Shown: piece by piece, positions 49,792 through 64,000 of the stretch
Layout: every line of letters starts with the position of its first letter
How positions within the stretch are numbered: the stretch's first letter is position 1
DNA from: Lama glama
Taxonomy: Eukaryota
Length of the DNA stretch: 64,000 nucleotides
NCBI GenBank assembly: GCA_028534125.1
Contig: CM052818.1
Span: 248,001-312,000, forward strand
Reading direction: 5' to 3'
Made by a program: the position numbers and the translations under genes
Notes under the pieces: model-generated
The model's database searches: none
What the model saw: the letters and a program-made list of their open reading frames with translations, nothing else
Told to the model about the DNA's origin: nothing

Positions 49792-51436
49792 ATGAGCTCG
49801 GGATCCGAGCCCCGGCCACCTTGGACACCCTTCAGCATCGCAGACATCCTAGGCCCACGTATGGTTCCCCGAGGACCCTCTGCGTCGCAGCTTCCAGAGT
49901 CGAGCCCAAGTCCCACGTCGCCGCTGTGCGCGCTGGAGGAGCTGACTAGTAAAACTTTCTGCGGACTTGACGGGCACGCTCCACAACCCTCTGAAGGTAT
50001 AGTGCTGGCAAGGTCGCGCACTGTGACTTGGCCTTCTCCCCATTTCTCTCCTCCAGGTTACCGATCCTTCGTTCACCCTGACCGCTACCCAAATCCGAGC
50101 CCTGCCCTCAGCCCACGTGCTGGGGCCGGTATTTCCCTCTGCCCCCCTCCCCTCCTCTAGTTCCCAGGCTCCGCGGCCGCTCCTGGAGGCCGCCAGCGCC
50201 GAGGGGAAGGGCCAGTCTGTCGAGAACTGAGCGACCCGTCGGTCCGTTCGCTGTAGGCGGGGCAATCGCGACAGAGAAAGGTCGGAGAGGAGACAAAAGG
50301 CCTGAGCTGGAGGCTGTGAACGAGTGAGCTAGGACAGGGGCGACGCAGAAAGTGCTGGGAGACGAGGCTCAGGCCTCTCCGAGTGACCGAGCTCCGCTCC
50401 AAGCCGCTCTCTTCTGGAGAGGGCACAAGAACAGAGGGTCCTTGGAACGGCCAGGGCTGCGGGACTCCGCACTCCGCCTTTCCTCGCCCTTTGTACCCCA
50501 CTCTCTTCCTTTCGGGCTCGATGAGGGGGAGCCTGTGTCACCAAAAAAAAAGTAAGCCGAGAGTGCCCGACACGACCCACGAGTCTAAAGAGGGGCACGA
50601 TCCGGGTCCTGTTACACTCACCGTGCCGGTTGGCTGCCGCTACTCTGACCGTGGTCAGCCCCCGCCTCTGGTTCCCTGGTTCCGGCCCGGATCTGCAAGC
50701 CCGCTCCGTCAGGGGCTCCGGAAGGCCTCAGAGGCCCCGCCCTAGACCTCCAGACAGTGCACGACGTCTCCTCTGGCTTGTCCCATCCTCCTCCCACTCC
50801 CCCGTCCCCGCAAGATGCCCTTGGCCTGCAGCGTACCCCAGTTGCCGATTCCACTTTGTGCGCCCCGCCTCGGGGTCACCTCCCGGCCCCGCCTCACAGT
50901 TCGGGAAGGGACAGCGTTTCTGGCTCCTGCCCCCTTCCTGGTTCCGCACCAAGCCCGCCTCGCTGGCTTGACCCCCATCCCTGCTTTTCCTCCCGGGCCC
51001 GACGCCTGATTCCCGCAGGCTAGAGACTGACGCGCGCCCTATCCCCGCAGGCCGCGCAGCCCCGGGCGCGCTGGGCCCCGGCCCGGCCGGCCGCAGACGG
51101 CGGAAGTCACGCACGGCGTTCACCGCGCAGCAGGTGCTGGAGCTGGAGCGGCGCTTCGTCTTCCAGAAGTACCTGGCGCCTTCCGAGCGCGACGGGCTGG
51201 CAGCGAGGCTCGGCTTGGCCAACGCGCAGGTGGTCACGTGGTTCCAGAACCGGCGCGCCAAGCTCAAGCGCGACGTGGAGGAGATGCGCGCCGACGTGGC
51301 CTCGCTGCGCGCGCTGTCCCCCGAGATCCAGTGCCGCCTGGCGCTGCCTGACGGCGCCCCGGGCCTTGGCCCCGGCCCTGCCCGGCCTGACTCTGGGCCC
51401 CACCTGGCAGACGAGGAGATAGAGGTGGACGATTGA
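49792..51436 (+). CDS. LBX2: Ladybird homeobox 2, 196 aa
   Basis: Exons 49792-49996 and 51051-51436. eh1 FSIADIL, SPLCALEELTSKTF, homeodomain [58 protein letters not shown], acidic tail DEEIEVDD, AATAAA at 51567. Confidence 0.97.
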
Positions 51437-51619
51437 AATGAAAGCCGCCGTCCGGGCTCCGGGGCGCTGGACTCCGCGCCTCCGCGTCCAGTCGGGGTTC
51501 CGGGGTGGAGGGAGGGTGTCGACCCAGGCCTCACAGCCCAGACGCCCACATTTCCCAACTGCTGAGAATAAAGTTGAGACTCCGCCACAGCATGCCTCAG
51601 TCCTGGCGCCCAGAGCAGT

Positions 51620-51815
51620 AAGAGCGGACTCTACTGATTATCGCGAAGATTCTATGTTTGGCACTGTGCCCAGCGCTTTAAACGCGGTGTTTCCGTTAAC
51701 CTGCATAGCAACCCTGTAAGGTAGGTGATATAACTACGCCCATTTTACAAAAGACGAACCCCCAGGTCAGGATTTGGGCCAGGCATCCAGTCAGCCTTCA
51801 GAGCTGGTGCTGGTT
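51620..51815 (-). mobile_element. MIR fragment
   Basis: GGCACTGTGCCCAGCGCTTTA...GCAACCCTGTAAGGTAGG...CCCATTTTACA. Confidence 0.65.
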
Positions 51816-53428
51816 AGCTTTCTGCTCCGGATGAGGGGAAGGGCATGGGATTCTGGTAGCTTCGGGCAGAGCCGACTCTTCCTCTACTGGTCGCCCGGCC
51901 TTTGATCATACGCCGCCTGGGAGACTTTGAGCCTAACGAATAGACTGGCCTCAGAGTGACAACGTCCTGTCTGACTCTTTCCTGTTTCCCCACCCTGAGA
52001 TCAATTGTTAATGGGGTCTCGACCCTTCTTCTTGCCCCCACGGAAGGAATCCTATGCTGGAACACAGGCAACGTGATGAGCGCTGGGAGAGGGGGCACAC
52101 ACCTGTTTCTAGGATCTCCACTCGACTAGTACTTGGGCAGAAAATGTCCCCGCCAGGATGGTGGCGGTGGCAGGAGGGTGAGAAGGCCTGGCCCTACCTG
52201 CCGAGGTGGATCTTGGAGTAGCCGCTTACAGAGAGCCCAACCCACCTCCTCCTGTGGATATTTCCGAGATCAATTTCTAATGCTGGTGATTAATCACCAT
52301 CCTGCGTGTGATGGGGAGGGAAGAGAAACATTCCTGTGGCTGCAGGTCTTCCCCCATGCCCGGCCATCCCAGCTCATCTTCAGGAGACCATGCTTAGGCT
52401 TGGTCTTCCTGCCTCCCCTCTCTCCCTATCAGTCCCTCCTCCCTCCTCAGACCTTCCCATGCTCAGGTGCTACAACCCCACCATCAGGATGCTCTGGAAA
52501 TAATCCACCTGGGGTTCAACGTTGGGGTAGGGGTGATGTCAGCTAGGGCCTCAGTTACAGGCAGAAGGGATATTTCAGGGGAATGAACAAGGCTGGAAGG
52601 CAGAAAGGAACCTGGCATTTTAAGACACAGTTTCAAGTGCTTTGCATGGCCTAATCTTTACCATAACCTCATGAGATGCGACTTTAATTTCATTTTAAGG
52701 ATAAAGAGACTGGATCAAAGAAGCCCATGATCATGTCATGGAAACCTCAAAGAAACCTGATCGTGTCATGAAGTCTGTAAGTGGCAGGGCTGTGATTAAC
52801 CTGATTGCTTGTCTGATTCAGGAGCTCATGCTTTTGGCCACTACAGGTTCTGTCCCTATAACTCGGCCTGGGCCTAACTGGGAGAAGGGTTCACAGAGAG
52901 AGGAGAGGAGGCAGGGCCAAAGATAGGAATTCAGCCGTTGTACTCCAGACAGAGCATGGTCCTTGGAGGTGTTAGTGAGGAGAGGCATGAGAGCAGAGCT
53001 CAGACCGGCTAATCCGGCTGCATGTGCAGGGTGAACCGGAGACCTGCACAGACCTGAGGAAGAAGTGTAGCTCTGGCCACTACGAAAGGTAAGAGCAGAG
53101 AGAATTCAGGGCCAGACTGGAGTGGGGAGGTTGTCATGGAACAGGAATCAGTGTAATTACTCCAGTGACCAATGATTCGAGGAATCGGAGACGACCTTGC
53201 AACCCTGGACAACTGGCAGGAAAGTGGCACCACTGACAGAAGCAGAGAACGCCTACTAGCACAGAGCTCATCTGTCACCCACTGTGTACAAAAAGGAACC
53301 TTTGCTCCTGCACTGCCACTTCAATACACAAATATAGCACACACACACATAGCTCCCCTGGTTCCTGTTCAGGGCCCCATCTGTATTCTGTTCACCCCCT
53401 TCTAAAGGCTACCTCTCTAGGACCTTTA

Positions 53429-53600
53429 TTTTTTTATTTTTAAAAATGTAGTCTTTTATTTTTTTAGGGGGTGGTGGTAATTAGGATTATTTACTTATTT
53501 TTAGAGGAGAGACTGGGGATTGAACCCAGGACCTCCTGCATGCTTAACATGCGTTCTCCCACTTGAGCTATGTTCTCCCACTTGAGCTATATCCTCCCCC
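53429..53600 (-). mobile_element. tRNA-Ala-derived SINE (Vic-1-like) with a duplicated A-box segment
   Basis: Reverse-strand SINE; TSD CTCTCTAG(G/A)ACCTTTA at 53413-53428 and 53601-53616; perfect 19-bp tandem repeat at 53553-53590. Confidence 0.9.
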
Positions 53601-53619
53601 CTCTCTAGAACCTTTAGAT

Positions 53620-53733
53620 TGGGGTGACCAACTCATTCCTGTTTGCCCAGGACTTTCCCGGTTTTGACACTGAAAGCCGCACACCCTAGGAAATCCCTCA
53701 GTCCCTGGAAAACCAGGATGGTCGGTCACTCTG
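53620..53733. mobile_element. MER94-like hAT MITE
   Basis: Terminal inverted repeats GGGGTGACCA...CGGTCACTCT around GTTTGCCCAGGACTTTCCCGGTTTTGACACTGAAAG. Confidence 0.65.
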
Positions 53734-54361
53734 CTTCCTAGCCCTGGGGACTCGGAGCTCTCAGGCTGCTAGGTCAGAACCCTACCAGTTAGCAGTGTGA
53801 GTGTGGGAGAAAGTGAAGGCAAGGTGTCAGGAGTCCTATGGCTCTTGAAGATTCAAGTCCAGGACAGGATCAGAGGTACAGGAGAGGGGACATTTCTTTG
53901 AGAGGCTACGAGAGTAAGGAGCCAGCTCAGCCTGCAAGCAAAGATGCCAAACACGGGTGGTGGGTGGCCCTTCTTTGACGAGCCAGGGTCCCTAGTGGAG
54001 TCCCCAAAGCAGAGAAGTCCCACCACACCCCCAGCCCCAGCCCAGAACGAGGCCAGATGAGCAGGCCTCTTACGGAGTCACTGTGATGTAATCACCCTTT
54101 AAAGAAACACAAACACGGCTTCCGAACCCCACCCCTCCACCAGGCATGAGCAAAGAACTCCCAGGGCAAATAATTCTAGTCAGGAAGATAGGCAGGGTCA
54201 GGTCAAGTCAACTGGCTCTGAGCCGTAACTTTTTTCTACTCGAGGCTTCCTTAATGCTAGCCCAGTGTTGCCACCTTTTGTAACGAAGACTCCCATAAAC
54301 GAAACTCAAACTTGCCCCAACAAAATGGCCTCCTGGATGGGCATCTCCTCGGCCTGGAGCT

Positions 54362-54550
54362 AGAGCCGAGCTTCCCAAATGTTTGGGTGCCTCAGGTCAC
54401 CTGGAGGGCTTCTTGAAACACAAACTGTTGAGCCCTACTCTTCCAGCTTCTGGCTTAGAAGGTCTAGGGTGGCCCCGAGAATTTGTGTTTGTGAAAAGCT
54501 CTCAGACGATACTGCTGCTGGCCCAGGGACCACACTTTGAGAACCAGTCC
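54362..54550. mobile_element. MER5A-like hAT fragment
   Basis: TCACCTGGAGGGCTTCTTGAAACACA...CTGCTGCTGGCCCAGGGACCACACTTTGAGAACCA. Confidence 0.75.
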
Positions 54551-54649
54551 CACAGACCCTGGATTTGGTGAAATAAGCAGTCATTTACTCATGCTCCTCT
54601 CTTCCTAGTGTCGGAATTATGAATACGAAGGACAGTTGCAGGTGCAAAT

Positions 54650-61071
<6,422 letters not shown>

Positions 61072-61329
61072 CTCCCGTTACAGTGACCCGAAAGTGAAAG
61101 ATAGTCTGGTATTTGATACTAGCCAAAGGGCGGAGTAGGACCGGGTAGGCGGCCATCTTTGTTAGGGGCAGAAGCCTCGACTACGGAGCGCGAGAGAGTC
61201 CATTACGGTTCCGGCGGCTCCCGGGCCTGAGACGACCGCTCCGGGGATGGGGCGGAGCCCGGGCTGCCGCGGGCGCTGGGCGGCGCGGGGAGGTGGGAAT
61301 CGTTAGGTTCGTTCCGCACCGGCCGTCCC
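61072..61329. promoter_or_regulatory. Compact bidirectional TTC31/CCDC142 promoter
   Basis: 258 bp between divergent ATGs; YY1-like GGCCATCTTT at 61151-61160; GC boxes. Confidence 0.8.
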
Positions 61330-63483
61330 ATGGCCCAGGCGTCTCGCTCCGGTGGTCTTCTGTCTCCGCTCGCTACCGTGCCGTCGTTGCGGGCGCAGCC
61401 CGGGGGCGCTGTGGAGGAGCAGTGGCAGAGCGAGCGGGCGGGCGCTCTCCGCCGGGACGTTCGTGGCAGGCCGGGGCTGCCGGTTGCCGGGAGCATCCCC
61501 TGCCTGGACCCACGGCCCGGCGGAGCTCCAGGAGGGCAGCCATGCTGGGTGGCGCCGGCGCCGGCGGACGCAGGAGAGCACCGCGAGGCCGGCGCTGCGG
61601 CCTGGGGGCGGGAGACGGCAGCTGGCGGCCCGATCCCGCCTGCGCTGCAGCGTCTCCGGGCGGTGTTCCTGCGGCTGCACCGGGAGCGAGAGCAGCTCCT
61701 CCAAGCACGGGACTGCGCCCGCCGCCTCCAGGCAGCCGTGCGCCTCCTGTGGATCCTGAGTCCCGGCGTGCCACCCGCCAGCCCCAGCCCCGGCCCCTTG
61801 CCTCAGCTGTGCCGCGACCTGCTGCCGCACCCTTCCAGAGGGGCAGTCCTGCGAAGCGGCCTTGAGGAGACCCTCGAGCCGCTACTCCTGGCGCGCCCCA
61901 TCGGACTAGCAGCCCAGCGCCTGGAGGCTACAATCGAGATGCAGCTTCAGGCTCTGGGCCGGGCGCCCGCGAGCCCGGGCCTGTCGTCCCAACTCGCCGA
62001 CCTGCTGCTGGCGCTTCCCGCCTACCACCAGCTGCAGGGAAAAGCCTTGAGCCACGTCCCAGGGGCCGCGCGCCCTTTTCTCCCGGCCCGTGTGCTCCGC
62101 CTCCTGACAGGGGAACGGGGTTGCCTGGTAGCAGGTTGGCTGAATGAGGCGCTCGGGGTATCCGGCTTGCGGGACCAGCTCCGCAGGCGTTGCCACGAGG
62201 AGCGCGAGCTGCTGCCAGGGCTACTGGGCCTGATGGGGGGCGTGGCGTGTCCAGTCAGCCCTGGACTAGGGCTTGGCGGGGCTGGAACCCTGTGGAGCCA
62301 GTACTGGACCCTGCTATGGGCAGCCTGTGCGCAGAGTCTGTACCTAAATCTAGGACCCTGGAAGGACCCCAGGGAAGCGGCACAACAGCTGAAAAAGGCA
62401 CTGGGTCAGGGTGAGTGACAGGCCTGGGTGGGCGTTTGGGAATGCTGGGGTCTCTTTCCTCTGTTTAGCTCACTCACCTGTCAGCCTGACTACAAAAGCA
62501 AGCCCTTCAGGATGAACTCCCCACAACCGCCCCCATCAGCGGGGGTTGGGGGTGCGGGTGCAGTTCAAGCTATAGTTTCTGGGCTTTCAAGGCAAAGTCT
62601 TGCTTTCCATGCTGGTCTTGGAAGCCTCTCCTTTCCCCCATCATTGAGTGGGCAGTGGTTGTGGAAAAGAAAAGCCTTGTTTTCAGGCTCCAGGGTCATT
62701 TCTCCCACTAGCATCACTGCCTCAGGAGTGTGAGAAGGAGCTGGTGTCTTTGTGTCACAACCTAATTCATCAGTCTCTTCTCTGGAGCTGGGACCAAGGT
62801 GAGAAGGAAGGGGTATTGGTAGCAGCCCAACCCCCAGATCACCTCTTCCTTATCAAACCGTGCCCCCTCATCTTCAGGCTTCTGTCAGGCCTTGGGATCT
62901 GCTGGTGGAGATCAGAGCAGCCTTCCCTCATCCTCTAGTACCACTGAACTTCTGCGACAGCTCTTCCCTCCTCTCTTAGATGCCCTTCGAGAACTCAGAT
63001 CAGGGATGCTCCTCTGGCAGCCTCCAGGTGAGACAAGGTGCTGGGGATGGGGGGAACAGAAGGACAGTTGGGGATACCCACTTTATTCCTCCATTGTGTT
63101 CGGAAGCCTGCCTCCTCCCAAAGGTGTTCTGTGGCCCTTCAGATACTCCATCCCTCTCCTCCCCAGGTCCTGCACCTCTTGCCTTGGGGCTCTGTACCCT
63201 GCAGACCACCTTGCTCTGGTTTTGGAGCAGAACTCAGAAGCACCTGGCAGCATGGGCCCCGGGTTCCTTCCTGCTCCTGACCCAGAAGGACCTACCTGTG
63301 AGTAGCTAGGGGATGGGGAGGGGAGCATTCTGGGCTGGGCTCTGATCTCACTCCCTGTTTCTGCTAAAGCCTCTATTGCGTGAGGCAGAAGCTCTGTCTA
63401 GCCTGGCTTCAGAGGAGAGCTTGGCCCTGGAGGTGGAGCAGCAGTTGGGCCTGGAGATCCGGAAGCTGACTGCACAGATCCAG
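61330..63483 (+). CDS. CCDC142: Coiled-coil domain-containing protein 142, 5' part (continues beyond the window)
   Basis: Exons 61330-62410, 62712-62798, 62878-63027, 63167-63297, 63370-63483. MAQASRSG...GGPIPPALQRLRAVFLRLHREREQLLQARDCA...LWSQYWTLLWAACAQSL. Confidence 0.93.
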
Positions 63484-63878
63484 GTGAGGAGAGCAGGGGG
63501 ACGGGACAGTCGCCAGCTTTGGGGCTGGTGGGGTGGTTGTGGTGATGGTGGAACATCTCAGTGTCTTGGAAGCACGGCTAAATTTATCTTTTCTTGCTCT
63601 TTGCTTCTTGTTCTCTATTTAGCTTTTTATTATGGAAAATTTCAAACATACACAAAAGTAGAGATAAGAGTATAATGGACCCCATAGTCCTACCACTGAG
63701 GCTTTAACACTTAACAGCTCATGGTCAGTTTCATTTCATTTCTACATCCTACCACCAACCCCCATGTAGAATCTTAAATTGTGTGCTGTTCACAGCCACT
63801 GATGATTGATGGTCATTGTCTACATCCATTATTTCACTGGGGGATGCAAAGTGGTGACATTCCAATTCCATCATTCCT

Positions 63879-64000
63879 GAGGAGGGTACAGCTCAAGTGG
63901 TAGAGCACATGCTTAGCATGCACAAGGTCCTGGGTTCAATCCCCAGTACCTCCTCTAAAAACAAATAGATCTAATTACCCCCCAAATAAATAAAATTAAA
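63879..64000 (+). mobile_element. tRNA-Ala-derived SINE (Vic-1-like) inserted in an L1-like fragment
   Basis: GGAGGGTACAGCTCAAGTGGTAGAGCACATGCTTAGCATGCACAAGGTCCTGGGTTCAATCCCCAGTACC plus tail. Confidence 0.88.

Noticed and set aside
50728-51588. 286-aa minus-strand ORF
   Set aside because: Antisense shadow of the LBX2 homeobox exon.

Overview
Gene-dense mammalian genomic DNA matching the conserved block orthologous to human 2p13.1, here in reverse orientation: DOK1(-, 3' part runs off the window), LOXL3(+), HTRA2(-), AUP1(+), DQX1(+), TLX2(-), PCGF1(+), LBX2(+), TTC31(-), CCDC142(+, 3' part runs off). I traced GT-AG exon chains by eye and all ten reading frames look intact; two N-gaps hide most of one LOXL3 exon and the end of TLX2. 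Seven tRNA-Ala(AGC)-derived SINEs, most with target-site duplications, suggest a camelid genome (Vic-1-like; inference). The main hunt result is a cluster of short phase-2/phase-2 cassette exons inside the 9-kb LOXL3 intron that splits SRCR2. Two have strong splice sites and two have weak or decayed donors, and all four encode K/R/P-rich peptides. Other notable observations: HTRA2 lacks the AVPx IAP-binding motif and differs at the human A141/G399 variant positions; AUP1 has a strong-Kozak uORF; DQX1 ends in a CaaX-like CVLQ; the TLX2 exon-2 donor is tandemly duplicated; a disabled copy of the human LBX2 alternative first exon is present; and TTC31 ends at a MIR. Comparisons with human proteins are from memory and need alignment to confirm.
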